A DNA stretch of 64,000 bases from Octopus vulgaris (GCA_951406725.2 OX597835.1:31186001-31250000); one strand, 5' to 3'; shown: positions 13,001-28,213, counted from the stretch's first letter. The notes: generated by a model from the letters alone, not told the origin. Numbers and translations: made by a program.

Positions 13001-13470
13001 TACATTCATGTGTGTACACGTATGTGATGGTATATATAGATAAATGTGTGTGCGTGTGTGTCTGTGTGTAATTTCTTTTTCGGAAGGTGACGTTTTTTGC
13101 GTCCAGTACCTTACTGAGGTCGATAAATCATTTTCATTTTATGGATAAATGAAAGTGAGAATATATCAGTAAGGAAGGTGGAAGACGGAAAAGAAAAAAA
13201 AAGAAAAAAACGGGGGAAAAAGAAACAAAAAATACCCTGAAAGATTTGATAAAGAAGCTGACCTGTAAAATACGAAGAACAAAAACAAATAACTGTAACA
13301 AGGTGGAAATATGTATCTGCAGCGGAAATCGACGATCTATAAATCCGCCATTTTGACTTGAAGCATAAACGTGTGTGTATGTTTCTTTAAATAGGTGTGT
13401 ATTTGGGTGTGTGTATGTGGTATGCGTGAGTCTGTCCGCACATCAGAGTCTGATAGGAATTTTATCTCTC

Positions 13471-13610
13471 TTTTTGTAAGTGATGAAGAATTTGTACATC
13501 ACATGGCTTCGATCCGCAACACGATAGTAGATGGCCAAGGTCTAATCGATTCCAGATGACCTATGATTGGAGGGCTCCGTGCTAATAGCCCTCAACGGCA
13601 ACAACAGCAA
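13471..13610 (+). mobile_element. Short retroelement 3' end with (CAA)n-like tail, copy 2
   Basis: Homologous to 12627-12762. Confidence 0.55.
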
Positions 13611-13684
13611 CGCTATGTATATATATATATCTATATATATAGATATATATATATACATTTACATACACATATACATTTACATAC

Positions 13685-13728
<44 letters not shown>

Positions 13729-14513
13729 TGTATGTATATGTATATATGTATATATAGGTATATATATATGTGTGTGTGTGTGTGTGTGCGTTTGTGTATA
13801 AATACACAAACACGTGTATCAGCAAGTATATAGAAACATGTCTAAAAGCATATATATAGAGACATCAGTGCACATGCACATACACATGTATATACATAAA
13901 CACAGGCACATATGCACACACGTACGCAAGCACACACACAAACGCACTCATATACACACGCACACATATTCATATTTCTTATCTACATATCTTGATATAA
14001 ATATAGATATTTCAGAAAGGGTAGCTATGTACATATGTATATATATATATATATATATATACATGGATAGATAGATAGATAGATATTTATATATTCCTCA
14101 CGCCGACATAATCCGTTGCAAAGAGCTATCGTTTTACAATCTCCCAAAGTTTATATATGTGGATGTTTCCTTGTAGGAAAACTGAACCAAGCTAAAACGG
14201 TTAGAAAATTCAAGAAATTGCTTTGGTCAAATAATAGACCGCTCGTCATGCTTACCGGTGATGGAAGCTCAAGCCCTACATCATCTTCCGCCTTCCCCTA
14301 TCGACACTTTCCTGACAAATTTATTGGGCGTTATGATTTATAAGTAAAAAGTTATATATATATAATATATAATATATATATATATAATACTACACACACA
14401 CATGCATACATATATATGTATATATATATATATATATACATATGTATATATACTTATACACATACATATATTCATGGACACATACATACATACATACATA
14501 CATACAAACATAT

Positions 14514-14546
<33 letters not shown>

Positions 14547-15497
14547 CATATTCGAAAATTTATTTTTAATTGTTATCTATGGAAAGTTTGGATTAATTGT
14601 CACGTGTTTTAAGAAGTAATTAAGTTACCTATACATCTCTATTTATTGAATTCTTAAATAGTGTCGGACTCTTAAAGTGTAGATGTTGTGTGTGCATGTG
14701 TATTAATGTATATATATATATAGAGAGAGAGAGAGAGATTATCAAAATAAGCAACAAGGATATCCAAGGTAGTGTAGTACAATCGTTTCATGCTACATCA
14801 TTTTATTAAACACTGTAAGTATTACATCAGTTTTAAAATGTCGTGCAATCTTCAACCACATATAGGATTTTTTGATTAAATGGACAATGTACATATTTAT
14901 ACTTATTTCCTTAGCCAACATTACAAAGTGGGTAGATATATTGACAGAGAGGTTAAGTTCATCATTAAGAACGTGGTAGTATTATGTCCTTCTCCACCTG
15001 TAGATTTTTTATCACTCATACATACAGACATATGTGTGGGGGAGAGGTGAGCGCATGCCTATTACTAATATACGGACAGACAGATAAGTGACCAGGTATC
15101 TGTCAATACATAGTAATTTATTATACACACACACATTAAAAACAATGCATGATTTATATGTTTATGTATATATTCTCTCTCTCTCTTCTCTCTCTCTCTC
15201 TCTGTCTCTCTGTCTCTCTCTCTCGCTATCTATATATCTATCTATCTATGTTTGTCTTCCAGTCATTTCCAAGTCTATCACCTCTACACCAGTCTATATG
15301 AATACATGAAACAATATATATATATACATAGATACAAATACAGACGCATGAACTTATTTATATATATAAATGATGTTTATAAAGGAAGAAATGGAGAAAT
15401 GAAAATGTCTAAATATATTAAATAACAAAAACATTTACGAAAAAAAAAACAAGCAAGTAAAATTTAAAGAAAAAATACTCAAGATAAATATATTAAA

Positions 15498-15898
15498 CTA
15501 GCAGTATCGCCCGGCGTTGCTCGGGTTTGTAAGGGAAATAACTATATAAGCATTTTTAGAGATGTAAAGTATAATAGCCATCTCAATATGACTAACCACA
15601 AAGGGGGGGGGTGTTACTGTAGCTTTTTACGTTCTGAGATTTAATAATAAATTTTTAGAGATTTACTTCCCTTATATATACTTCCCAAAAATGCATTAAA
15701 AATGGGAAAAATTGATGGTAAATTTTTTTTAAATCGTAGACTCATCGTAGACGCGCGCTAATACCCAGAAGGGCTCAATATGAATCACGACTATAAGATA
15801 CCCGGTTTTGGTTAAACTGCACCGCAAAATGTGGGAGTAGTTAGGAATCTAAATCGTAGGAGACAGACAGCACACAACCTCACTTTTATATATAAAGA
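15498..15898 (-). mobile_element. Non-autonomous Helitron (401 bp)
   Basis: Minus strand A|TCTTTATATATAAAAG...hairpin CCCGAGCAACGCCGGG...GCTAG|T: 5'-TC, subterminal GC hairpin, 3'-CTAG, inserted between A and T, no TSD. Confidence 0.85.
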
Positions 15899-16093
15899 TA
15901 AATCCAATACGTCGGACAGGTAACAATCGTTCGGAGGTTGATCTTTAGAGGGGAGAAAAAGAGAGAGAGGGGGTGGATTGAGAGAAGAAAAAGAGAGAGG
16001 GGGAGAGAGAGCTGGAGAGACACAAAGTACGGAGTGAAGATTTATTCATATATAGATACATGCATACACACATACGTATACATATGCATGGGT

Positions 16094-16128
<35 letters not shown>

Positions 16129-16304
16129 CATATAAACACACACACACAAATACACACTTATATAAATACAAATATATCTAAATGTGTAAACACTCACACA
16201 CACACATATATATATACATATACAGATGTACTCATATGTTTAGACATACTTTTTGTCTCTAAATAATTCTTTATTTCAAATTCTTCTACCATGACTACTG
16301 AGCC

Positions 16305-16367
<63 letters not shown>

Positions 16368-16414
16368 TAACAACAACAATGATAATGATAATAATAATAA
16401 TAATAATAATAATA

Positions 16415-16455
<41 letters not shown>

Positions 16456-16524
16456 GACAACAATAATAATAAGAAGAATAACAACAACAACAATAATAAT
16501 AAGAAGAAGAATAACAACAACAAC

Positions 16525-16559
<35 letters not shown>

Positions 16560-16636
16560 TGATGATGATAATAATAATTATAATAATAATAATAATAATG
16601 ATAACAATAATAATAAGAGGAAGAAGAATAACAATA

Positions 16637-16719
<83 letters not shown>

Positions 16720-16748
16720 AATGATGATGATATTATAGCAGTAACAGA

Positions 16749-16786
<38 letters not shown>

Positions 16787-16823
16787 CAACAACAACAACA
16801 ACAATAATAATAATAATAATAAT

Positions 16824-16893
<70 letters not shown>

Positions 16894-16940
16894 TAATAAT
16901 AATTATAATAATAATAATGATAATAATAATAATAATGACA
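16305..16940. repeat. Compound (AAT)/(GAT)/(AAC)/(AAG) microsatellite
   Basis: Read directly. Confidence 0.95.
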
Positions 16941-17697
16941 GCACAGCAGTTGTAGTTGTTGTGGTTTTGCATATGGTAATGATTTCATAGATTATTTATC
17001 AATGTTTTGTTGTTGTAATGTTCCAAAGTTCCATGTGGAATGAGAAATGTCTAAGACTCTGACATTGGAACTCTGAGGAATGGTAAAACATATGTCAATT
17101 TGTAGAGCAGTTTAGCTATGTGTGTATGAGTGTGTCCCGCTGTATATGTATTTATATGTTTGTATGTGTTTGTGTGTGTTTGTGTGTACGTGAGTGTGTG
17201 TTAGTTCGTCTGTGCATGTGTATATATATATATGGTTTGTGTTTGTGTGTTTCTCTCAGTGTGTACGTCTCCCGGTTATGTGTGCTTGTATATGTATATT
17301 TAAATGTAGTTTTGAGTGTCCATGTGTGTGTGTGTGTATGTCTGTGTTACTCTTAGTGTGTGTGTGTGTGTATGAATATGGTGTTATGTATATGTGGTAT
17401 GTGTGTGTTTCTTTATCGATATTTGTGGTTTGTATTTGTGCGTGTATGTGTGTCTATATATGGTTAGTGCATGTGTATGTGACCTATGTGTGTATGTCCC
17501 TATATGATACGTGTGTCTGTATACATTCATCTATGTAATGTGTATGTATTTATATGTGCGTCTCTATACGGTGTGTGTATGTTCCATGTAGTGTTCATAT
17601 GTAGTGTATATGTATCTTTATGGTGTATGTGTGTGTGTTTGTGTGTGTGTGTGTTTATGAATGTATAGGGGAATCTCAAAAGTAAAAGACAAAAGGC

Positions 17698-17781
<84 letters not shown>

Positions 17782-17782
<1 letters not shown>

Positions 17783-17953
17783 TATTTCTTTACTGCCCAC
17801 AAGGGGCTAAACATATAGGGGACAAACAAGCACAGACAAACGGATTAAGTCGACCTCCGTGCGAAACTGCTTTTTTATTTATCGACCCCGATAGGATGAA
17901 AGGGTAAGTCGACCTCGGTGGAATTTGAACTCAGAACGTGACGACAGACAAAT
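17782..17953 (-). mobile_element. SINE family A, 5'-truncated
   Basis: Tail variant 1 and core through the B-box. Confidence 0.8.
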
Positions 17954-18132
17954 CTCATTTAACCCATTTCTCTGTAAGGTGATCACTTGGTGCCATAATA
18001 TTGTTCCCGTTTTATACAAAATGCATGTCTTTTAAACGTTAATTTAAGTATTTAAACTTATCAAATCATATTTTGTTTCAAGTAGTAAATATTTACGAAG
18101 AAAGATAGTCTATTTACTTTTGAGACGTCCGT

Positions 18133-18207
<75 letters not shown>

Positions 18208-18216
18208 TTGTATACA

Positions 18217-18399
18217 GGGAGAGTTTACGAAAAAACGAAAGACGAAGACAGGTGGTGTACAAAACAAACAGATGTATTAGTATAACGCTCAGGAATAGAA
18301 AAAGTCTTTTACGTTTCGAGCCTACGCTCTTCTACAGAAAGGGACACAGAAAAAACAAGGAGAGAAAAAAATGTGCGTAGTGGCTAACAATCTATCATG
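18217..18399 (-). mobile_element. Penelope-like terminal (pLTR-like) fragment with a minimal hammerhead-like motif
   Basis: Minus strand TTT-CTGTAGA-A-GAGC-GTAG-GCTC-GAAA-CGTA-AAAG; homologues at 25100, 44564 and 48948; inserted in (TA)n. Confidence 0.65.
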
Positions 18400-19429
18400 C
18401 TGACATATATATAGATGTGGGATATGTACGTGTGTGTGTGTATGGATGTATATGTATATCTGTGTGTGGACAGATAGATAGATATAAAAACATACACATA
18501 CATATTTGTTTATATATGTATACAAAATATACAAAAATATATATATAAACGAACACAGAGGCACTTATACGCGCGCGGACATTCACACATACATGCACAC
18601 ACACACACACACACACATACACACACACACACACACACACATACACATATATATATATACATACAAATGTACATAAATATGTATCACAAATAAGCAAACA
18701 AATATTGCCAAACAAATATAAATTTATGCATATTCTCACACACCAACACAGTATAAGAGTATGTCTGTGCGCGTGTATATTTATATACACACGTCTATAC
18801 ACACACCTATCTATCTAACAGTCTGTCTGTCTGTCTGTCGCTCTGTCTGTCTGACTGCCACTTTGTCTTTTCTGTCTATCTTTATTTGTATACACACACA
18901 CACACACATACACAAACGCACATATGTGCTTATGTGTGTTTGTGCATAATTTTGCGTTTGTCTGTGTGTGTGTGTACATACAATATATATGTATACATAT
19001 TTGTGTATATACATATATATATATATATATATGCATACATATACATAGATATATATATATATATATATATATACGTATATATATATAACGTATATGCATA
19101 TATATATATGTATATGCATATATATATATATATATATTTATTTATTTATATATATATCATATATATATGCACACGCCACCTATGTGTTTACATGTACACA
19201 CACAATTGCACACTTTAGTATAAATACATATTTTAAGAATTCTTTTTTTTTTTTAAATATCTGATATTTGCCAGAGAAATGCTTTTTCTCTTCTATTGAC
19301 TTTTATTTATTTATTTATTTATTTGTATTTTTTTCAAAACCCTAATCATCAATTTGATAATGTTTCGACATGACAACAGATATTGCAGTTCATATTAGAA
19401 ACCACACCAACAATATAAACAAGGTAAAA

Positions 19430-19800
<371 letters not shown>

Positions 19801-20160
19801 AGTAAATAAGTAATACGGTAATGACGATGTTAGTGAGAAGATAAACAAGATGACAGCAGCTATTTCTGTTGCAACGATTTTGCACTTAGTGCACATTGGT
19901 ATGTTTTTAATTAGTTTCTTGTATGATGTTGATGTAAACATGTCTGATGATTTTTATGTGTTTGTGCATGTAAATGTGTGTGTGTGTGTGAGTGTGTGTA
20001 AGTGCTTCAAATTGGTGGTTAAATATGCGTATACGCAAAAAAAATGAAATTCACAGTGACATTAGAACGTGTGCATATATATATTGGTGTACATACATGT
20101 GACTATGTATGCATGTCTGTATGTATGTGTGTATCTATCTATTGACATATGTTTATACAC

Positions 20161-20335
<175 letters not shown>

Positions 20336-20418
20336 CCTTCTGTATGTCTCTTTCTGTGTCTCGATATACACGGCTAGAAGTGCAAACAAGTAAGCTGGTA
20401 TATGTCTAACTATTTTAT

Positions 20419-20452
<34 letters not shown>

Positions 20453-20558
20453 TTATAGGGATAGATGAAGGTATTCATATACATGCATAGATAAGAACAC
20501 GTTTATATGTGTGTGTGTGTATTTACATGCATGTTTGTATATGTATATCAATCTATCT

Positions 20559-20609
<51 letters not shown>

Positions 20610-21517
20610 GATACATGTATGTATGTATGTATGTATGTATGTATGTATGTATCTATGTATCTATGTATGCTTGTATATTTATATACTACATCGGTTTGGC
20701 GGAATCGACAGCGTGACATAATTTTATCCAAGATACTTTATGTTCTAAGTTCGAATTCCGCGATCGTCTTTTACTGTTTCTTCCTTTGAATGTTGTGAAA
20801 ATATTTTCAAATGCCTGAAACAGGTTGATGTCTGCATGGCTATAGTCTCTACTGTAGCAAAAAACTCTGTATAATCAATTACTCTCTTGTCCTACCATGA
20901 CCATAATCTGAATGTAATAAGCAGTACAAGTTACATATGCTAGATTAATTTTTCAAATTATTTATAGACATTTTATCTATCTGGTTTTAGGGGATGGTGA
21001 ATAAGTTTTTAAGGAATGTTTGCTTGTTGCAAGATCAGTGAACGACTGTCGCTTAAATTTTCTATATATTGCGAGCTGGAAGGATCTACTTTTATCTCTA
21101 GCGGGCAGGTATCAAGCACTGAGGGTGGGTAAAAAAAAAGTTTAAAACCAGACGGACTACTGGTCCTGTCAAGTCGCTAGAAGGTGGTAAGGGTTAGCTC
21201 CCCTGCTTGCAATATATACTAGGTGCAGATTGCATCGATAAGAAACTGGAGGATGCATCATCTTGAGGTTATAAATTGTAGAAACGTTGGTTCGTAAGGA
21301 ATAGCTATGTTGATGTGCCGACAAACATTAAATTTCTAGTTTCCTATGAAGGAATTATTTTGATTTTCGTGAAAATTCTTAAGAATTCATTGGCTTCTTT
21401 TCGTTCTCTATAAATATACGCTAATACCCGTGATAAAAATTTATCCCACATATGGACGTCCAATCATTCATTCTTATATTACATATTTAGGCGCAGAATG
21501 TCGAATTTATACAACAT

Positions 21518-21710
21518 AGGCGCAGACGTGGCTGTGAGGTAACACGCTTGCTTCCCAACCACATAGCTTCAGGTTCAGTCCCATTTCATGGCAGATTGGG
21601 TGAGTGTGTTCTAGTAAAAACTTCAGGTTGTCTAAAGCCTTGTGAGTGGATTTGGTAGACGGAAACTGAAAAAAGCCCGTCGTAAATACACACATGTATA
21701 TACATATGTA

Positions 21711-21793
<83 letters not shown>

Positions 21794-21809
21794 TGTGTGT
21801 GTGTGTATG

Positions 21810-21899
<90 letters not shown>

Positions 21900-22183
21900 T
21901 TATACACACACATATATATATATATGTATGTGTGTGAGTGTGTAGGTATGTGTTTGTTTGTAGGTGTGTGTGCGTGTGATTGTCCACCACAGCCGCTTTA
22001 TAACCGCTATTGGTGTGTTTATGTCCACGTAACTACGCGCCTTGCAGAGTGACCTGTAGAATAAGTACCAGGCTTAAATGAAAATAAAACCTGCGGTTAA
22101 TTCGTTCGACTAAAATAAATTCATCGAAGCGGCGCGCTCGCATGGCCACAGTCTAATGACTGAAGCAAGTTAAGAATAAAAGT
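21518..22183 (+). mobile_element. Full-length SINE family B with an expanded internal (TA)n/(TG)n tract
   Basis: Head AGGCGCAGACGTGGCTGTGAGGTAA...GGTTCAGTCCC, body, then tail CATGGCCACAGTCTAATGACTGAAGCAAGT. Confidence 0.8.
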
Positions 22184-22676
22184 ATAATAGAATACATTCC
22201 AAATCTGTGATGAATACATGCTCCTGCAATAGATTATATATTCCAGGTGTAGTTCTGTTAAAAGTTCCTTTGCGAAATGTAGTATATTTTAGTCAATAAT
22301 CAATTTAGCACGCATTACATAAACATGTTATATATATATTGTTCTGACATGCCCCGTATATAAAAGCTTTTCCAGGGCAAACATACCTGTATAACACTAT
22401 ACACATTTTATTCAATAAATGGTTCACTGCTTATATATTTTATTGTTGATATAAATGTGTTTTCATATAAAAATATTCGACAGTTTTACAGGTACTAAAA
22501 TAAAATTTGCAATGCGGATATATAATATACATTTTACACATTACACATACCTATTATACAGTATTCTGTACACTGTTGAACACAATATAAATATTCCGTC
22601 CGTAGGCTTTTGGTACATAGGTGAAACGACAAATCTGTGGAAGTTTTTGCAATAATTACTGTTCCATGCCTAATTA

Positions 22677-22737
<61 letters not shown>

Positions 22738-22859
22738 GTATAAAAATATATATAAAAATACAAAATGGGACAAGAACGCAAAACATTCAAATAGACGATA
22801 CAAAAAACGGACCTCTAATCTTCAGGTCAAGAACCGGATCATCCTCGCAATTTCGGCTG

Positions 22860-22928
<69 letters not shown>

Positions 22929-23079
22929 TGTTTGTGTTAGTGTCTGTGTGTGAGTTTGTGTGTATATGTGTGAGTGTGTGTGTATGCGTGTGTATGCCTA
23001 TCTGTGTATATCTATCCATGTCCATGTGTGGGTTTGTACACAGAGTATTTATGTATTTATATATTTATACGCTAGTTTG

Positions 23080-23488
23080 GGCGTGGCTTTGTGATAAGAA
23101 GCTTGCTTCCCAACCACATCATTCCGGGTTCAGTTCCACTGCGTGATACCTTGGGCAAGTGCCTTCCACTATCGCCTCGGATCGACCAAAGTCATGTGAT
23201 GCATTTGGTAGAGAGAAACTGAAAGAAGCCGGCTGTGTATATATATATATATTTGTGTGTATGTATGTGTTTGTGTGTGTTTATCCCTGTGCCATCACTT
23301 GACAACCGATGCTGGTGTGTTTACGTCCCCGTAACATAGCTGTTCGGCAAAGGAAACCGATAGAATTAGTACAAGGTTGACAAAGAATAAGTCTTGGCGT
23401 CGATTTATTTCGACTAAAGTCCTTGAAGTCGATGCTCCAGCATGGCCACAGTGAAATGACTGAAACAAGTCGAAGAATATACGAATAA
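23080..23488 (+). mobile_element. Full-length SINE family B (CORE-like)
   Basis: GGCGTGGCTTTGTGATAAG...GGTTCAGTTCC...ACCTTGGGCAAGTG (CORE-like), through the tail ATGACTGAAACAAGT. Confidence 0.85.
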
Positions 23489-24189
23489 ACATCGTACCTA
23501 TCACAGAACGTATAAATAATGGCCAACATTGTATATATTCGTCTCTGAATGCCGCAGAACTTGAGGCCCTCTCCGTTCTCCCTCTTCGATTGTGTGATAA
23601 ACAGAATTACGTAAATAATATGTATGATTCAAAAGGTGTGTATAAATATATGTGCACACGCGTGTGTGTATGCATGTATATAGGTATATATATGAAAGAA
23701 TATATACCAGAGAAGAGCTAAGAAAAATAATTTACAGGGGAGAGTGGCTTGTGTTTAGATAACGTAGATAAAAAAAGTATATCAAATATTATATAACGCA
23801 CGTTCTTCGTTTATTTAGATTACCTACGCCACAAGAGGATGCACCATAATTACCAAAATGGTAATTAAGGCAGGCTCTAATTGGGAAGGGGAAACGATCT
23901 CAAGATTTAAGAATTCTTCAATGTTGACATGCTATTAAAGAAATGGACGGGTTTTTTTCTCAGAAGAAAAGAGGAACGTGAATGATATGCGTTCGGCCTC
24001 AAAAGGGGCAATTAGCACGAATATATATATATCTATAAGCATGTATGTTCGTATGCATATCCATCTCGCTCTCCCTCTCTCTCTCTCACTCACTTTGTCT
24101 CTCTCTCTCTTTCTCTCTCTCTCTCTCCATCTATCTCTATATCTATCTATTTAACTATCTATCTGTTTGTGTGTCTGTCTGTCTCTCTT

Positions 24190-24221
<32 letters not shown>

Positions 24222-24227
24222 TATATA

Positions 24228-24321
<94 letters not shown>

Positions 24322-24452
24322 CTATCTATCTCTCGAGATAGATAGATAGATAGATAATGGATGGATGGATAGATGGATAGATAGATGGATAGATGGATAG
24401 ATAGATAGATTGATAGATAGACAGACAGATATATATATATATATATATATAT

Positions 24453-24501
<49 letters not shown>

Positions 24502-24529
24502 AAGAGAGAGAGAGAGAGAGAGAGAGATA

Positions 24530-24940
24530 ATGATGTGCAAAATCGAGACGAAAAAGCACAAGTTTTCTGAAAGTTTTAGTCCAACATCGAAAAAAAACGA
24601 AAGGTTCTTGACGTTTCGGATTTTACTCCATCACCATGAAACAAAAACGTTGTGCAAAGGAGAGAACATAAAGCGAGAAGTATAATGGCTGTCCACGAGC
24701 TAAAAGAGGATTATTCTCTCACCGAATATTACACCGACGTTAAAGAAGTAAATCTCAAAATTTCCAGTTTTATTTGGGAAAAACCAAGGAATCCTTCAAC
24801 AAAATACAACAATATTCAGGAACATCAAAGACGTGGATACACAGGGAGAAGTCGGTGAAGAGTATTGAGTATTATTCAGAGCAATGCTCTGTATGTCTGA
24901 TTAATGCTTACTTTCACACATACCTTAATGAAAACTAAAT
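24530..24940 (-). mobile_element. Degenerate Penelope-like element 3' end (second family)
   Basis: Minus strand shows frameshifted CES..LI....LNNTQYSSP, resembling the end of PLE GIY-YIG ORFs, followed by a degenerate hammerhead ATGGTGA-T-GGA-GTAAAA-TCC-GAAAC-GTC (24604-24640). Confidence 0.45.
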
Positions 24941-24959
24941 GATCTATCTATCCATCCCC

Positions 24960-25034
<75 letters not shown>

Positions 25035-25055
25035 GTATGTATGTATGTATGTATG

Positions 25056-25094
<39 letters not shown>

Positions 25095-25099
25095 TCTCT

Positions 25100-25185
25100 A
25101 ATTTAACGTTTCGAGCCTACGCTCTTCCACAGAAAGGAACACAGAAAGAAACAAGGAGAGAAAATAAAGAATGTGTAGTGGCTAG
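25100..25185 (-). mobile_element. Penelope-like pLTR fragment with hammerhead-like motif
   Basis: Minus strand TTT-CTGTGGA-A-GAGC-GTAG-GCTC-GAAA-CGTTA. Confidence 0.6.
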
Positions 25186-25186
25186 T

Positions 25187-25217
<31 letters not shown>

Positions 25218-25355
25218 ATGCCACTGCGATCTTCAGGCGAGACTCGTGTCGCAAGACAAACTCCCAATTTCAGTTGCCTTAGAAACCTAATATCTTCGAC
25301 ATGTGTTGAGTATACCTTTCTAATTCATTAGACATAAAATAACGTAAATTTGTGC

Positions 25356-25394
<39 letters not shown>

Positions 25395-25854
25395 AACAGA
25401 GACAGAGAGGGAAAGAGAAGGACATAGATATAAATCCATAAATATCAATCCACACACATACACACACGTATGTTTATGTAACACAGATGAATACACATAT
25501 ACATACATGCAAATAAACGTGGTGAATTTCATAGGCATAAATTGTTTGTTGGTGAGTATAAGTGATCGTGTGTCTGTAGATTTTCAGACGTTTATGCTGA
25601 TTTTCTTGCCCTGCTAATATAATTAAGGTAAAAAAAAATAAACGTGTTGACTTCACGCTTGAGTAATCTCTACATGTATTAAACATAATTTCTTCTTAGC
25701 TCTTGCTTACTGTTTGTGACGCATCATGTTTTTCATCATGTTTGTGTTGTTGTCGTTGTAGTTGCGCTTGCTGATGTTGTTGTTGTTGGTGGTGGTGGTG
25801 GTCGTGGTCGTGGTCCCCGTCGTGACGATATTACTGATGCTGCAGTTACGAGTA

Positions 25855-26696
25855 ATTGACTTTTTTTCAAGTTTCACTTGTAAAGGAAATTGAGAGTGGA
25901 GATGTAAAATGCTGTCCTCGAGTGAGTTTATTGAAAGGTGGGTGAAAGCTGATATCTCTCTATGTGTAGACCTGTGAGTCGGGGAAAAAGTGCTGTAGAG
26001 GGCACTTACGGATCTTTTCGGTTTGAACGGCAGTTTTTTAAAATAATTTCCACGTAACTAAACACTTTTAAACTTCGTATACTGGTAGAATGTGTTTATA
26101 AAACATCTTTTTCTCTTGGATTTATTGAGAAAATTCTATAGTTTGTAAGACATTTGTTGTTGTTTTTCTTCAGTTTCTGCAATTTCAACCAATCAATGAC
26201 GTCTATTGAGGTAAAAACATTCTGTGCCGTATGAATATGTCCCTCGTTTAAGAAACAGATTGGGTTTATTTACATTTGTGAAGAAAAAAAAGATACCCTT
26301 CCCCCCACCCCTAACCCTAACCCTAAAACACATTGAAATGCAGTAGATTGATACTAGGGTCATAATTATGGGTGACAATTTCATATGAGACTGCTAGAAA
26401 AAACTGCCGCTCAAACCGAAAATATCCGCACTTACGCCTTGGGTTTCAGGAAAATCTCGGACCGAGTTCTGCGATTATCCCTAGAGGCGTTCTGGTATAA
26501 GGAGGACCCCATCTCTATCATCCTCCCTGCCTTTTTTTTAAACCCTTGTATACTATGCATATGTCCCTTCCTTTTTAGCGTATAGCGTGTATAATTTTTT
26601 TTTCATCAATTCATTATATGTAAACCCCTACATTTTATGACTGTCACTGTCTTGTGCCCCTAATTCTTCGCCCTTGTGGCAAATAAATGAAATCGC

Positions 26697-26700
<4 letters not shown>
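25855..26700 (+). mobile_element. 5'-truncated L1/Tx1-like retrotransposon 3' end, interrupted by a MITE
   Basis: Degenerate FKFHL*RKLRVE..LSSSEFIERWVK; with the MITE removed it is colinear with 1-410, ending GGCAAATAAATGAAATC plus (ATT)n. Confidence 0.65.
26010..26427 (-). mobile_element. Merlin-like MITE (418 bp) with internal (CCCTAA)3
   Basis: TIRs GGATCTTTTCGGTTTGAACGGCAGTTTTT / AAAAACTGCCGCTCAAACCGAAAATATCC; perfect 8-bp TSD GCACTTAC (26002-26009 and 26428-26435). Strand assigned only relative to the second copy. Confidence 0.85.
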
Positions 26701-26795
<95 letters not shown>

Positions 26796-26921
26796 CATTA
26801 TTATTATTAAAATCACTAACTGTTGTAATTATTCTCATTATCATAATCATTGTCATCATCATCGTCATCATCGTCGTCGTCACCATCATCGTCATCATCG
26901 CCGTCATCGTCGTCGTCGTCG

Positions 26922-27004
<83 letters not shown>

Positions 27005-27060
27005 TCCATTATCATCATTATTGTTGTTGGTGTCGTGGTTGTTGTTGTGGTGGTGGTGTT
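26698..27060. repeat. Compound (ATT)/(ATC)/(GTC)/(GTT) microsatellite
   Basis: Read directly. Confidence 0.9.
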
Positions 27061-27699
27061 ATGATTTCGGTGTTCTTGCTGTTTTTTTTCTTATCTTTTA
27101 TTTTTTGTCATCATTAACTTTCAGTTATTATTCACTCTGTCATTGCTAATTATTTCGTTTTGATTGCTTTCTTCCCTCTACTACCACCTTCCTAACTAAT
27201 TCTGATTTCCAATCACCGCTGCTTCTGCCACCACTGCTGCCGCCACCACTACTGCACTCACCGCCACCACGCCTATCACTGCGGCTGCCGTCGTAATTTT
27301 TTCTTTCTATCTTCAATATTTAGTAATTCCTTATTTTTTGTTATTGATATCATTGCTTGAAGATTTTTGTCACTCTTTCCTATCAGATTTTTTTTATTCA
27401 ATCTTTGGCGTTGACTGCGCACTTGTTGTTACAGACTCAATATGCTTGTCATTTTTGCAGTTGAATGTATGTTGTTGTTGTTGTGCGTTGCTGACTATAT
27501 TGTTGTTGCTGACATGTTGATAATGTACTTGTTGTTGTTGCTGTTGTACTCGCTATCAATTTGCAGTTCATATTTCTGCTGTCATTCTTAATGGTTCACA
27601 ATTTATTTTTTTCGTTGTTTATAATCTTATTACTGTCCATGATCATAATGTTGATGCTATTTTTAACGTCGCAACATAATCATCATCAGCAGCAGCTAC

Positions 27700-27709
27700 G
27701 TTATCATCA

Positions 27710-27788
<79 letters not shown>

Positions 27789-27982
27789 TAGTGGCAGTAG
27801 CAGTAGCAGCAGCAGCAGCGGCAGCAGCAGTGTTAGTAGTAGTAGTATTAATATTCGTGGTAGTAATAGTAGTTATAGTAGTAGCAGCAGCAGCAGTAGT
27901 AGTAGTAGTAGTAGTAGTATCAGCAGCAGCAGTAGTAGTAGTGGTAGTAGCCACAGCAGCAGCAGCAGTAGTAGCAGCAGCG

Positions 27983-28016
<34 letters not shown>

Positions 28017-28023
28017 CAGCAGC

Positions 28024-28082
<59 letters not shown>

Positions 28083-28130
28083 AACAGCAGCAGAAACAGC
28101 ACTGCTACTACTACTACTACTACTACTACG
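27700..28130. repeat. Compound (ATT)/(AGT)/(AGC) microsatellite
   Basis: Read directly. Confidence 0.9.
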
Positions 28131-28213
28131 TCTCGTACTAAAAGGGGCAGCAGCGGCGGCAAAACAACCGTAGTTGTGAACGTCAGTCATTTAAACATAT
28201 CGTCAATCAGTGT

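Noticed and set aside
14116-14343. 75-aa non-repetitive ORF
   Set aside because: Starts at TTG, has no recognisable motif or clear splice structure, and its length is compatible with chance.
20991-21108. Possible coding exon bounded by TTTTAG and CAG|GTATCA
   Set aside because: Stop codons in all three plus-strand frames.
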